This document shows, piece after piece, positions 13,339-26,885 of a stretch of DNA of 64,000 nt. The first letter of the stretch is position 1; every line of letters starts with the position of its first letter. Made by a program: the position numbers and the translations under genes. Under the pieces are notes generated by a model, which made no database searches, was not told the origin of the DNA, and was given only the letters and a program-made list of their open reading frames with translations. Source of the stretch: Camelus dromedarius (lineage: Eukaryota). Location of the stretch: assembly GCF_036321535.1 (NCBI RefSeq), contig NC_087437.1:65908001-65972000 (forward strand), given 5' to 3'.

Positions 13339-13560
13339 CTGCCCTAGTCCTCTGGACTGAAGTCCTCTCCTTCCACATTGCCCCTTTCTGGATTTTGTGA
13401 CTCAGAACTAAAGCACTGTAGGAAAGACAGGGCTCAGTGTACGAGTGGGTGTTGCTGCCCCTTTAAAATTAACCTTCAACCGGGGGGGGGGGGGGGGGGA
13501 AGAAAGAGAGATAAGGGGGGAGAACCAGGTCTTCTGCCTTTCTTCCCAGAGATAAAGGTT
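13339..13560 (-). promoter_or_regulatory. Candidate promoter and non-coding first exon
   Basis: two AGATAA (13509, 13550), G18 run, TATA-like TTTTAAAG (minus, ~13461-13468), AP-1 at 13398, donor CAG|GTAAGG at 13339/13338. Confidence 0.3.
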
Positions 13561-14171
13561 ATTCTTAGCAGTAAAATCATTTTGGCATTTAAGGAGACTT
13601 GTGTTTCTCTCCTTCTTGTCCCCGGAGCTTTGCACATTGCAACTCCTCTTCTTCATACAGGGAAGATGAACAGGAAGAAAAAGAAGGAAAAGCAAGAGGG
13701 AGGGGTGCCATCACTGTTGCCCTGGTAGGTTCTTCTCAGGACTTTGGAAGGCTGATCTAGTTGGTCAGAACTAGACAGGGGAATGCCCTCACCCCAACCA
13801 CAGAATGCCACTTTAATTCTAGCAGTCACTTTTGAGGCGAGAAGACTAAAGGCCAAATGAGCTCCCTTCAGGCCCTTCCACAGGACTTTGTATGGGGCAC
13901 GTGTTCAACAAATGTATGCTCAGCCGGCCTCCTGCTTTGCACCCTCATTAGGATGGGTCTCTCAGGACTGCCCTCACTGGGCGTTAGGACCGTGGCAATC
14001 AGTCAGGAAATTCAGGCCTCAGCACTAGAAATCAGGCTTCGGAAAACCAGGAACTTGAGAAATGCAAATTAAAAAAAAAAAAAAGGCAAAGAAAAAAATG
14101 GGTGGGCAAACCTTGAGAAGTCTTACGTAATCCGATTCCACTTTGGACCCAGATGGTGCGATTCTGCAGAG

Positions 14172-14190
14172 CGGCCAGCAGGGGGAGCTC
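14172..14190 (+). promoter_or_regulatory. CTCF motif in a small CpG-rich patch
   Basis: CGGCCAGCAGGGGGAGCTC, near-consensus; D-box TTACGTAA at 14123-14130. Confidence 0.6.
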
Positions 14191-17100
14191 AGGCAGTGTC
14201 GCAGAAAGCCAGCGCCGCGGTTGCCAGGAGCCGAAACCTACGGATAAACAAAACAATGAACCTTTGTGATTTTTCTTAGGTTCTTAATCCTGAGAGGCTT
14301 AATCCAAGACAGCCTGATTTTCATCCTAGGGGACCCAGCTAACATCTTGCAGAGCACTAGCTGGGTCCTGGATGTCTTTATAGGTCTCTCTCTCCTCTTT
14401 TTCTCTCTCCCGAAATACTTTGTCTGCCTCTAGTCTAACCCCTTTTCTCAAACTCTCTTCAGTATCTTTGTGTGTCTCTCCTTTCATAATTTCCGTTTTC
14501 TCTGAATCTGTGTTTCTGTGTATGCTTCTTATTTCTCTTTATCATCCTCGGCCCACTAGTAAGTGTTAATGAAAAATAAATGAGATGAACGCACTGTAGG
14601 CTGAGCTCCAAAAGATTTCAAGATCTGGCAAAAACTAACACTTTGAATAAAATTTAGAATATGCTGTACAGCAAAAGTGGCTAATTCTGCCACCACTTAG
14701 CTGTTCAGTCTTGTCTTCTGTGCACATTCTCCTGTCTCTGGCCTCCAGGCCAGCTGCTCTTGCCGTCCTGCAGTCCTCTCCTACCCATTGGTTGCTGCCC
14801 ACCTTCCCCAAACCATTAACCTCCGGTGGTCATCTTCCCCCTGACCAGCGTGACAAGGTCTTTCAAGGCTTTTAGAGAAGATGCCCACACCAGAAGAGTT
14901 GTACCTCTAATGACACAGTTTTTCATTTCTTAAGTAAGACCCAGCCCAGAACACATTAGAACTTTTGGGATTGGGGGATGAGGGGCTCCAGGTGAGAAAC
15001 TGGTGGAGGGACTCAGCCTTGCAGTCTACCTGAAACCTCTTGTCCTCCAGTATTCAGGTGCTCCAGCTGGATCTGGTCCACTCTGCCAGAGTATCTCCAC
15101 TCACGGTGACTTTCTCTTGGGGATCTTCCTCATTGTCTTTCTGTCTCTCCAGACTGGCCCTTGGGGACCTCTAGCTTATCACACAGCCCATATATATCTG
15201 ACCCCTTGTGGGGACAGAGTTTAAATTATTTTTCTGGGGTTTTGGGCCCTGGGGAATGCATGAAATGCAACTGAGTGTATGTTTTAAGGTTTCAGAATAT
15301 CCCATGACAGTCAGGAAGCACCCATATCATCTTACAAAAGGATGCTTTGCCACAGGGTCCAAATGAGGGCCCTGAGCATGTGCAGTACACGGACGGCTTG
15401 AGGCAGTGCTGCTCAGCAGGCGCCGCCTCGGTCCCAGCCCCAGGACTGCAACCATGGTGGTTATAGTGGCGGCGAAGTAGCTGCCTCATTTCTCCAGTCC
15501 ATGCCTGCACCTTCATTCAGATGAGTCTCCCAGGACCCATCCCGTGTCCAAATCGATCCTATTCTATCCTGTTCTAACTAACAGTGTGTGTCTCCGAGAG
15601 ACAGATTCTAACACTGGATCTGGTAGGACATGAGACTCTTGGCACTTGAAGTTTCTTTACACCTCCTGCAGCCAAGGAAGGTAATGGGGGTATGATCTGA
15701 TCCACCTGCTCCTGCCCTGTTCAGTACTTGGTAACCATCATCATTTCCTAGTTCCAGAACCTGCCTGGACCAAGTTTAAGACCAAAGCTGGGAGTAGGGG
15801 GCAGATAGGCAATGCAATCCAACATTTAAAGGCACTTGCCACTTACTTGCCTTCACTGGGCCCTGGCCACAGTGAGAGGCTGAATAAGACATGGGGCCTG
15901 TCCTCAGGGAGCAAATGCTTCAGTGGGGCTGACCCACTGTGTCTCTGAACCAGAATATAAATGAAGCTGCTGCAGAAAAACCCAGTGCTGCAAAGTGCTA
16001 ACATCATCAGGCAGGTTGCCTCTGCAGTGCCATCCATAATCTCTGTGACTTCCAGAACCAAAAGAGTTGTTATGTGACTTTCTAAATTAAGCTTTTGCAT
16101 TACTTTGGAAACTTACAAAGCATTCCTTCCCACAGACACTGTTCCCAAATTAAACTCTTTGTGCTTGTGCAGCTGTTCAAATGTTGGTGAATAGATGGAA
16201 AGGTTCTTAGGAAGGGAAGAGAGGTGGGTACCTAGAAGGGAGAGGGGAGCGCTGTGGGGAAGGTTTTTTTTGTGTGGGGGGGGTTGGGGTTGAAGAGCTG
16301 GGGGTCAGGTAGCAGGGATTATAGAAGAGTTGAAGAAGATTATAATCAAGTTAGTCAGTACATAGAATATTTTTTAAATTATTGGGTTTAGATAAGAGTA
16401 GGTTAAGAGGGCCTATTATGATCAAGTATTTAAAAGTAAGCTTTTAAGTGGAAAACTTGGTGAGTGGCTATTCCCCACTTCTAATCAGTAGGAGCCAGAG
16501 GAAACAAACATAAACTGCCAAGATGGTATCTTAAGGTCATGGTGAGGCCCACTTTTGAAGATTTAACAACAGTTAAACACTAGAGTGGGTCACAGAAATC
16601 GGCTGGGTGCTCTTCTCCAGAGGCGTTCGTTGAAAGAAGCAGCCTTTGTATCCTGCAGTGTTGCAGGTGACCTCCAGCCCAGACAGAGCCACGGCCCAGA
16701 TGAGCTGGCTCGCCAGGTTTTCTTCTGGATTGGGAGAGAAAAGAACTCCTGCAACATAGAGTCCTTTGGCAGCAGCTGGAAAGAAATGGACAGATTAAAG
16801 GCCCACAGTTCCCACTGGCCCACCTCTCTCCAACATGCCAGGGCTCCTTCTTTCAAGCTACCCTGTGTCATTGGTTTCATACTTTGTGCCTAGAGCTTTG
16901 CCTACAAAAATGTGAGCCATCTGAGCTCACATTTTTTTTCAGAGAGCCCTTGCTCACAAAACTTATGTCTGCAGTATTTGAATTGGCTACCAGGCTGCTC
17001 ACTTTTCCACACAAGCTTTCCCCAACTTATCTCTGGGTTTCTCCCAGAGAGCCAGCAATTATTTGGTGGTGATGTAACAGGAAACACAGATTCCTCTTGG

Positions 17101-17544
17101 AAACCATTTTCATAGGGGTCAGCTGAGTGGTAAGGGATGGAAACAGGGGTTGGAGCAGAGTAGAGTTAAGGAGGTAAATAAACCCACCTTTAGCAAGATA
17201 GTATCATCCATGTGGCTTGGGTGCTCCTCTGAGAGGGCAAGAGGCCCAGCCTGCAGCAACCAGGGCCCCAGGGATCACAGAGGCAGAGAGCTGTGCTGGA
17301 CCCTGGCTGCCTGACGGCCCCTGCGGTTCCAGGGCAGAGCCCTGAGGAGGATTCCTCTGGTCTTGGCTGTGTGCCAGATTAGCTGTTTGTCCCTGGGCCA
17401 CTTATCCTCTCTGGGTCTCGATCTCATTGTCTGCAAGAGGAAAATATTTGCACAAACATCTCTGAGTTTCCAGTAAACTCTATATTCTGTCATTCTGCAC
17501 GGCCTTGTGTCTTGTTTTTAAATATTGATGCTGCCTTTTACCTG

Positions 17545-17750
17545 TATGGTGCTTTATGATTTATAAAGCACTTTCACACACTTGTCTCATTTGGTCCTCA
17601 CAACCATGCTGTGGAATAGCTAGGACAGAAGTTATTCTCCCCATTTTAGAGATTAAGAAACTGAGGATCAAGGAAGTTAGATAATGTGTTATCACACAGA
17701 TAGTAAGTGAAAAGCCAGGACTCCGGCCTAGGTCTTCCAAGTTGAGCTCA
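17545..17750 (-). mobile_element. MIR SINE relic
   Basis: ttctccccattttagagattaagaaactgagg. Confidence 0.75.
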
Positions 17751-19361
17751 GTTCTTCATCCTTTGGTTGGAGGTTGGGGGCATGTCCAGTTGCCTTTGAA
17801 ATCAGGTAATTATGGACTGTCAATCTAGAAAAATGAATTTGGGATTTTTAGATGCTTAACATCTAAACATGGACCTCAGATAAAATGCCCCTGCTCTCAG
17901 CCATCTTTATGAACTTTTGCAAATGTGTGAATGCCTAGCTTCTCTGACCAGATTGCAAGCTCCTTGGAGGTTCATGCCTTGTGTTTTCTCTTCCCTGCAA
18001 CACTTCTCCAGCAAGTGTTCTAGCGCCAAGCACCTAGCAGGGGTAAGAATGTGAAATACGTAAGTGGAACAGATGTCCATTTCCACATTTGACCACTTGT
18101 CCTACAAGAACTGTTATCCTTGTACATGTTCTGCCCTAGACAGGCATCTGCCTGCCACACTACTCCCCAAATCCTAGAACACAGCACAGTTTCCCCTGAC
18201 GGATGCAGCAATATCCTCCTCCTCCTTAGCATTATTTTTCAGGCACAAGATGGGCTCATAGGTACAAAGAGATGTGGCCTCAGTGATCTCATGCCCCAGG
18301 AGGCTAATGTAAGTAAAGAAGACAGATTGGCCGCCTTAGCTGTAGAGTAGTGGTGAATTAGTGGGAGGGGCTGCTCTGAGCTTATGTTGAAAGGGAAAGG
18401 TGGTGCTGAGGCGGGAGCAGTCAGGAGTATCTGAGGAAAGCTGCCAAGAACATCTGGATGATTGCAAGGAGAGAGTGCCTCCTGCCAGTGGGAGGGATGA
18501 ATGAGTCTGGGGAATGAACCGACAGGGCTGAGTGCAAGGCCTGTGTGGGCTTTCTGATCATTTGTGCACACTTGGCACCAAACCTGAGTGCAGTCTTGCT
18601 CCACGTCCCTAGACCTCTACCCTCATCAGCAACTGTGACTTCAGTCCTTTTGTCAGGACTGCAAGGAGAGAAGACTCGGTGATAATCCAGGGATGGCCCC
18701 AATTTAAAACTTTGCCCCATTATTACCCTGCCATTATCTTATATCCCAAGTCCTTACTTTCCCAGATTTGGTGGAGAAGGAGAAGGATTCCAAGACTGTT
18801 GTAAGCAGGACCACTCCCAATAAATGAAACCATCTCATACCTAGGGACTGACTCAGTTGAGCTCCATTGGCCAGAAGAATCTGAGTTCCAGCCAAAGGTG
18901 GTTTTGGTCTCTTCCCTTGTAGCTACCAATGACTCCACCATGAGAAGACTCTGAGGGTGATAGGGTATCAGAGACAGCAGGCACCCTGGGGTTACATATT
19001 CATCCAACACCCTCACCGACAGATGAGTATGGTGATGATGTAAGTGTCCAAAGCCACCCAGCAGTTTGTGAAAGAATCTGGACTAGAACCCGAAAGTGCT
19101 GACCCAGCACCATGCTAGCTCTCCTCCTACCTTAACTGAGCCTGGTCCTTTCAGATGCCGAAAGTCTCCACCCAGGGGCAACTCTGAGCAACCAAGCAAG
19201 GAAGGTCTGAATTTGCAAAACTTCTTTGTGGAAGCAACTGCTCTTTAGGAGACCTCTTTATGTTATAGCCAGTGCAGGAACTCTGCCGCCCCCCAAATTG
19301 TGGTTCTAAAAGCTTTTCTGGCTGCCAAGCCTGTCCCCTGTGGCCAGACACAGTGCCTGAC

Positions 19362-19505
19362 CTCATCCTAGTGCTCTCATCCACTAATCAGACAACCTGG
19401 TGCCTCCTGGTGACACCCTCATCCTGGTCTCATCCTAGTGGTCTCATCCACTAATCAGACAGCCTTGGTACCTCCCGGTTGGGAGTTGGGGGGGTGGTGA
19501 CACCC
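19362..19505. repeat. Imperfect local tandem duplication (~57 bp unit)
   Basis: ctcatcctagtg(c/g)tctcatccactaatcagaca occurs at 19362 and 19429. Confidence 0.85.
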
Positions 19506-20074
19506 TGTCAGGTGCAAGGTGGAAGCAGAGTGCCTTGCACAGACACTTCATAATGTTCTACAAGTAAATGACAAGTTTCTAACTCTTATGCACTCCCTTA
19601 ACTCACCACTTCGAAAAGCAACCAGCAAACTTGCATTCAACCTGCAGAGCAAATCAACTCAAATAAACAGATTTTTATTGAGCTACAGTTGGAAAGGCAG
19701 TGTACCAGATGCTGAGCTCTATACAAAAACCGGCCCAAGTGCCTGCTTTCAGAGGACTCACAGTCCAACTGGGGGAGAACAGGTGAAATTATACTTGAAT
19801 TATGTCACAAGGCAGCCATACAAGAAGTGCCATGAAGCAACAAATGACCATTTGCAAAATTATTGGAATAGATCATTTGTGTATTGGTGCACAGAAGAAG
19901 AGAACACTGTGAACTAAACAGGCTGGGGAAGTTTGTGGAAAAGGGAAAATCTGATCAGGACTTTAAAGGACGGGAAGAATTTAGAATGGAGAGAAGTTCC
20001 AGAAATTGGTAACTGTGAGAAAAGCTACAAAAATAGAAAAATGCAAGCGTGCTGAGGGTAGTGAGTAATAATAG

Positions 20075-20310
20075 TCATAATAGTAGATGGTGCTTATCAT
20101 GTATCAGACCCTAATTTAAGCAGCTAACATTTATTAATTCTCTTGATTCTCATGCAATTTAAATTATTTCTATTATTATGCCACTTTTACAGTTGAAGAA
20201 ACTGAGCCATAGAGAGGTTTCAGTAATTCACCTGAGGACACAAACTAAAAGTGCCTGAGCTGGGGTTTGAGCCCAGAGGCTATACATCCAGCCACTGCTT
20301 TATACCGCTG
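20075..20310 (-). mobile_element. MIR SINE relic nested in L2 relics
   Basis: ttttacagttgaagaaactgagccatagagagg...gagctggggtttgagcccag. Confidence 0.75.
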
Positions 20311-22209
20311 CTCTCACCATGGCTAGAGGAGTTGATTTGTTGAAAAGGTGTATTGAGGGCAAATCACGGAGGATCTCGACTTGATTTTGTGGACACTAGG
20401 GAACCATTAAATGTTTCTGAGCAGGAAAGTAGATCTAGGACTTAGGTTTTCACGTTGAGATACACACAGGAAGAAAAGCCTGAGGACACATTCATACAAA
20501 AAAAGCCCAGAGAAATACATCAGCACATACATACAGATGTCCTTCCTTTTCACAGAGTTACTTCTGGTGGCCTCTCAGATCTTAAACTACCAGATGATCA
20601 AATCCTTGGTCAGTGGCACTGAGGGAACAACAAAAAGTTAAGCAGCCCTCAAATCTACCTAGGCACATGCTCAAAGGCTAGGGACAGAGATGGGCGTGGA
20701 GGAAATAGGAGGCTCAGGGGAGAGTGGGAAAGAGTGGAGGGACACAAGATGTCAGAGAGCAAGAGAGAGGTCAGCAAAATAAGTTGGGACCTCAGGTGTG
20801 TAATTCAGCAATATCTTCAGCATGATTGAATCAAGGCTTTTGGAAGAAGAAAGCATATTGTCAGCTATCTCCTTGAATATTTTATAACGGCAGATAATTT
20901 CTTTAGTCTCTTCCCTCATATTTACAGGCTGAAATGGAAAATATTTTCATGCACAGAATGTTTTTATTTCTCTCTCTCTTTTTAAGACTCAGTTTTGCTA
21001 ATACATTCCATCAAGGATTATAAAGCTGAACTTGTTCTCATGACCATCTACTATAATGCACGTGGGACAGATGAAGTAATAGGACCTCTGTAAGGGTGGT
21101 AATTGAAATAAGAGCATCTTTTTTCTTTTTTTCTAGGAACAGTATGCACAAAGGAGCCTGCTCAATCCAATGAAGTCAAAACATGAGGTAATTTGAGTCC
21201 TGAGCAGAGATTAGATAATGGTCTTGGGTCGGACTTTGGGAACAGTCACAGGAGATGAGGCATCATCCTGTCGAGTTGGTCTTTGGGGGAATATCTGGTT
21301 TGTGTGAGTGTTGTTCGGCTCCTGAGTCACAAAGCACGGGTTGTAGGGCTGGCCTTAGTCTGGGCTCCAGGCAAAATTATGTACTCACCCTTGTAAATTG
21401 TGGTATTCAGTACAAGCATTGTAGCGGTTTATGGCCAGGCCTTCGTGACCCCACTTTTGGAAACAGAGTGCAAATCTGAGTTCCAAGCAGCTGTTTTATA
21501 TCCACCCACAGGAAAGCAGCAGATAGATGATGTGGGGGTGGGGTGAGGAATGGTGTGTGAATGTCCAAATCTTGTTCTCTTAAACATGTATTTTTGTTTG
21601 AAGAATGAGTTGATTCACTTGTACTTAAATGAAAGCAAAAAAATATATAAGAAAGTCAAACGTTGTGCAGACTTACCCTCCTCAGTCCCGTGTGGCATTG
21701 GTAAACAGGGGCTGTTCTCTCCTCCTGCCTTTGCTTTCTTCTCGGCTGCAGCTATTTGAGAAGACTTAAGCCCACGCCTGATGTTGAGTCATTTCTGGTG
21801 AGGGCTGTGTGTAAGGGGTTTGGAAATGTCACATTCCCAGACCCTCATTCTAGGAACCGAGTCACTACTTTCAGGCTCCTGAGTTGACCTAAATTCTTCC
21901 CTTTCAGCCAGATCTGGGACATCTGGCTCCAAGAACAAACCTGGGTGGCCCCAGAGCCACAGTTCTTCCTATGTTGGCCCTTCCTGGTTTGATGGCCCAA
22001 GTCCCAGAGGTGAACTGTTACCCTGGTTTCACCTCCTAAGTTCTGACTTATTGTCTTGCCTGGTACTAGGTACTCGCTAGCACTAGGTACTCTCCCCAGC
22101 TCTCATCCATCCTTGTCCCTTCTTTCTACCAGCTGGGGTTTTCTATGATGTCAGGTCATGGAATGACTGTCCCATGGGACCCTCACATTAGTTTCTGTTC
22201 ACTTAGGTG

Positions 22210-23955
22210 AGTGTCTCTCAACAGGAGTGGTACTAGAAACTCCAATAGGGCATTTTTGACTGTCACAGTTCTTAGTAGGGGTACTAGTGGCCTTTAGTGA
22301 GAGGGAACCAAGGATGCTAGCTATCTGATCGTACGCAGCACAGGCGCCACACCAAGAGGTGCCGTGTGTCCTTTGTAAATTTCAAAAGTCACACTGGACA
22401 TATGTGTGGGAAAATCTGCTTATAATTATCTGGCTGTGGAACTCCATCCCATTTTACTTGGAAATACAAGTTAATTTTGCATATTTTAATATACACTGAT
22501 TCTCCTGTAAATACCCCTTAAACATTTTTAAAGGAAGAGAAGATTGTACTGCGTTTGTTCAGAACTTTACCAACAGTAGTCACAATTTCAGAAAAGTACT
22601 TCACTGCCAGTAACTTCGCTGTCATTAGTTGAATTGTCAGCACATGTGTCTCCATCTACATTTGTCTCTGTCACGTTCACTCTGATCTCAAAGCAACTGT
22701 TCATTCTACCTTCTAGTTAGTCACCCCTAAACATTAATATACTCCAATACGTATGATTTAGTTATAAATTATTCCTCTACTACCAGTAATTTTTCTTTAT
22801 TTTTTAAGTTAGGACACTATATTGACTTTTAGAAATATTTATGTAGGAGGTTTATTATTTGTGAATTTCTTTTCAGAATAGTGAATGAGACCTAACAAAA
22901 CATTCATTTAAGAATAGATCATTGAGTCAAAACATTATCTAACATAAATCACAGCAATGTTTTCCTAGGTCAGTCTACCAAGGCAATAGAAATAAAGGCA
23001 AAAAATAAATGGGACCTAATTTAACTTATAAGCTGTTGCACAGAAAAGAAAACCATAAACAAAACGAAAAGACAATATACAGAATGGGAGAAAATATTTG
23101 CAAATGACACAAGGGACAAGCGCTTAATTTCCAGACTATACAGACAGCTCATACAACTCAATAACAAAAAACAACCCAATCAAAAATGGGCAGAAGACAT
23201 AAATACACATTTCTCTAATGAAGAGATACAGACGGCCAAGAGACATGAAAAAATGCTCAATGTCACTAATTATCAGAGAAATGCAAATCAAAGCTACAAT
23301 GAAGTATTACCTCATACTGATCAGAATGGCCATCATTACAAAGCCCACAAATGATAAATATGGAGAAGGTGTGGAGAAAAGGGAACCCTTCTACACTGTT
23401 GGTGGGAATGTAATTTGGTGCAGCTACTATGGAAAACAGTACAGAGGTGCCTTAAAAAACTAAAATTGAGTTATCATATGATACAGTAATCTCAGTCCTG
23501 GGCGTATATCCAGAGAAAACTCTAATTTGAGAAGATACACTTACATGTGGAATCTAAAAAAAAAAAAATGACACAAATGAACTTATTTGCAAAACATAAG
23601 CAGACTCACAGACACAGAAAACAAACTTATGGTTACCGGGGAGGGAAGGAGGAGGAGGGATAAATTAGGAGTTTGGGATTTGCAGATACAAACTACTCTG
23701 TATAAAATAGATAAACAGCAAGGTCCTTCTGTAGCACAGGGAACTATATTCAGTATCTTGTAATAGGACCTATAATGAAAAAGAATGTGTGTGTGTGTGT
23801 GTGTGTGTGTGTACAACTGAATCACTATGCTATATTCCAGAAACTAATACAACATTGTAAATCAACAATACTTCAGTTTTAAAAAATACATAAAGAAGCA
23901 ACAACAACAACAAAAAGAATAGGTCACTGGATCTGATGGGGCTAAGAATCCTTGA
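22210..23955. mobile_element. hAT-Charlie DNA transposon (MER20B-like) split by an L1
   Basis: ggggcatttttgactgtcacag...tactagtggcctttagtg...ggatgcta; terminal piece ggatctgatggggctaagaatcc resumes after the L1. Confidence 0.6.
22930..23915 (+). mobile_element. 5'-truncated L1 3' end
   Basis: ORF2 C-terminal peptide MKKCSMSLIIREMQIKATM...[17 protein letters not shown], 3'UTR with (TG)n; degenerate TSD aagaatagatcattg / aagaataggtcactg. Confidence 0.9.
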
Positions 23956-25563
23956 CCTAAATGGATATTGTGGTACTGCCTATGGAAGGCAGAAAAGGAC
24001 TGAAGATGAGGTTGGTACATTCCTTGGAGAAGGTAGTAGCTGCCTACCAGGAGGTCTCATGGGTGGTATCTCCTTGAGCAACTGACTGCTTTCCAAATTC
24101 CAGTATTTATCCTCATCAGGTTCTCAGAAGTTTTCAGAATCCAGGGTCACGTGAATCACTCAGATCCATGAGGCTACTCATGGTCAGTGTACAAATTTAC
24201 AGTGGGAGGCATTTCTCCCCAGGGACCACAAAGCTTATGTCCACTGTCCAAAGCAGCCATTCCCAGGATCAGAATGAACACAGATGCTGAGCAAAGGCAC
24301 ACATGGTGCTGAAGAGACATCAGAAGGGGCACTCCTGCCCCACAGCAATTGCAAAAGGCAGGGTCCGTCCTCTGCACAGGGCTTGGGTATGTACTGCCAG
24401 GTTAAGATGCCTTCGGTTTCCTGTAGCCCAAGGTGACCACTTCCCCTTCTGCCCAGACCCTCACTCACCTTCACACAGTCTACCCCCAGGCAATATTCAT
24501 TTCAAATCAATTGAGTAAATATCTTCTGCAAAATGACATTCACATTCTGGGCTTGCCTTCCTCTGATTACACCCGAATTGCTTACCTTGATTTGAGTTTT
24601 GCGAGGTCCGCACATTTCAGGCAGTCTCTTGCTTTACTCCCACAGGTGACTAATCACATCCATTGTCTGTGAATTTTACTAGTTCAACTTAGAATGTGAC
24701 CTTATGTCCCTGATCTTCAAATTCATAGAGAGGGAGACTTCCCACTGTTGCTTCCATATCCTGCCAAAACTTATGTCAAAAATGAAGACTAAGACTGTCT
24801 CAGCCTCTTTCCCTGCTCTGCCCTAGTCCCTATAGCTAGAACAATTTGCCTGATTCTTATCTTAATTTGATAAAGAATATTCCTGCCTCACTCCAGCTCC
24901 CCATTGACTCCCCTCCACCCACCCTGGGTGGCAAAAGTTTCAGCACAGATCAAGCTAGAGATTACCTCAATTGTGACAATAACTGATTATGGTTCAGAAG
25001 AGATAACAGGGGCATCAGGGTATTTGGTTTTTGGGGGTTTTGTTTGTTGTTTATTATTTTTGAATATACAGTGACTTCCACTCACATAGATTGGTTAGAG
25101 ATGGAGTGATTAACTGATAATCTAGTTAATTAAGAGAGAGTATATATAACATAAGTGGACAATGATTTTTCAAAGAATTATTCATGAAATACAGTAAATT
25201 CAAAATGTATATTAATTATAGTTGAGTTGTTTTTTTCATGGTTCAGAAGAGAAGAGTTCAGGGAAGTATGCTTGACCCCTGGCACCTTTCATTATTACAT
25301 TATAGGCTGAAATAATGTTTCCTCAAGCTTTTCATCTCAATCACTCAAAGCCTCTCAGTCCTCATCAGTGTTCACTGTGCTCTTTGACTTCCCAGAATTG
25401 AAACTTTCACTATTATTTCTGCATCAGTAAGAAGCAGTCACTTTAACCTCCTTGTAGCTTCAGCTCACTCTTGTATCACTTCCATTAGCTTTTCTGATTG
25501 AGTATGAAAAAGCTTCCCTCACCAAATTAAGAAATCATGTTAGTATATTTCTGTAAGGCTTTA

Positions 25564-25691
25564 TTTTGTGTGCTGGGGGTAGGGGTGGGATTAGGTTGAT
25601 TTATATATTTATTTAATGCAGATACTGGGAATTAAACCCAGAACCTCATGCATGCTAAGCACTCACTCCACCACTGAGCTATAACCTTCCC
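25564..25691 (-). mobile_element. tRNA-derived SINE, Vic-1-like (camelid)
   Basis: reverse-complement relative of the 1486 element (ctcatgcatgctaagc...ccactgagctata); TSD ctgtaa(g/t)gcttta at 25551-25563 and 25692-25704. Confidence 0.85.
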
Positions 25692-25839
25692 CTGTAATGC
25701 TTTAATTTAATGCCATCCATTCTTCTTCATTAGAAGAAGATATAGTAAATATAGCACAAGTTCATAGCTTTCTCCAAGAACATTTAAATATTGAATGAAC
25801 ACTAAAGTGAAATTTAAGTGTGATATTTTAAATTGTACA

Positions 25840-26540
25840 TCATTTACTCATTTATTTAATTATTCAGTACATGAACATTTATTAAACATCCATCATGTGG
25901 CAGACACTGGCTTTGGAGATACTAAGATAGCAAGTCATGGTCCCAGTTCTCAAGGAGCTCATAGTTTAAAAGAGGAGAGACATATATAAAAATACAACTT
26001 CACCTCAGTGTAATGGGTACTACTGTGGAGGTTTGCTGATGCTCACTTGTGGCACAAAGGAACTAAATGATCAACTCTGCCTAAAGAAGAGGGCTACCGA
26101 TGGTTCACAGAGGAAGATGCTTATAATGAATTTTGAAGGAGAGGTAGAAATTTCCCCACCAGATACAACAAACAGGGACATTTCAGAGAGATGGAAGAGG
26201 ATGTGCTAATGTAAAGGGGCAAGTAACAGTAATTGCTACTTTTTCCCAATAGCTGGGAACTAGAAGCAGTTTGATGGTACTGATGCCTAAGATAAGACCT
26301 TACAGGAGATGGGGCTGGAAGGGCTAAATCCGAAATGGTACTGAATTCCTTGATAAAGGGTTTGGATTTCATTCAGTTGGAAGTGGGCAATAATTGGGTG
26401 CTAAATGGGGAAGTGACATGATCATATCTGTAGGAAAGACCATGATAGATTCCATGTGGATGAATATTTGGTAAGACCAGAGGTAAGGAGTGAAGTAGAA
26501 ATAGTTGGCTGACCACTGAAGATTCTTGATGCTGGAAAGC
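25840..26540 (-). mobile_element. LINE-2 relic
   Basis: gaacatttattaaacatccatcatgtggcagacactg...tggtcccagttctcaaggagctcatagttt. Confidence 0.7.
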
Positions 26541-26559
26541 ATTTGCTCCATGAGGGTCA

Positions 26560-26885
26560 ACATTTCCTAGATCTCTCCAAGTGGAGCCATGTGACTAGTT
26601 CTGACTAAACCAATGTGAGTAAAAGTGTGTTGGGCATTCTGAGCTTAGGTGGTTAAGTAGACCTACCTCATGCTGCCTTCCCTTCCATAGCAGCTCTGGA
26701 GGCCTCATGTTGAAGATGGTTGTGTCACAAGATGGAAGGAACCTGGATTCCTGAGTCAGAGAATAGGTTCCCAGGAGAGCCAAGAACACCTATATTGAAC
26801 TTTGCATAAGTAAAATAATAATTTGTGTGTGTGTTAGGCCTTAGAGATCTAAATATTGTTAAAACTGTTAGATTACCCTGACAAA
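26560..26885. mobile_element. MaLR LTR relic (MLT1-like)
   Basis: gccatgtgactagttctg...tgttgaagatggttgtgtcacaagatggaaggaacctggattcctgagtca. Confidence 0.7.

Noticed and set aside
15400..15490. Small CpG-rich patch with accATGg
   Set aside because: ORF is only 8 codons; too short to call a CpG island or exon
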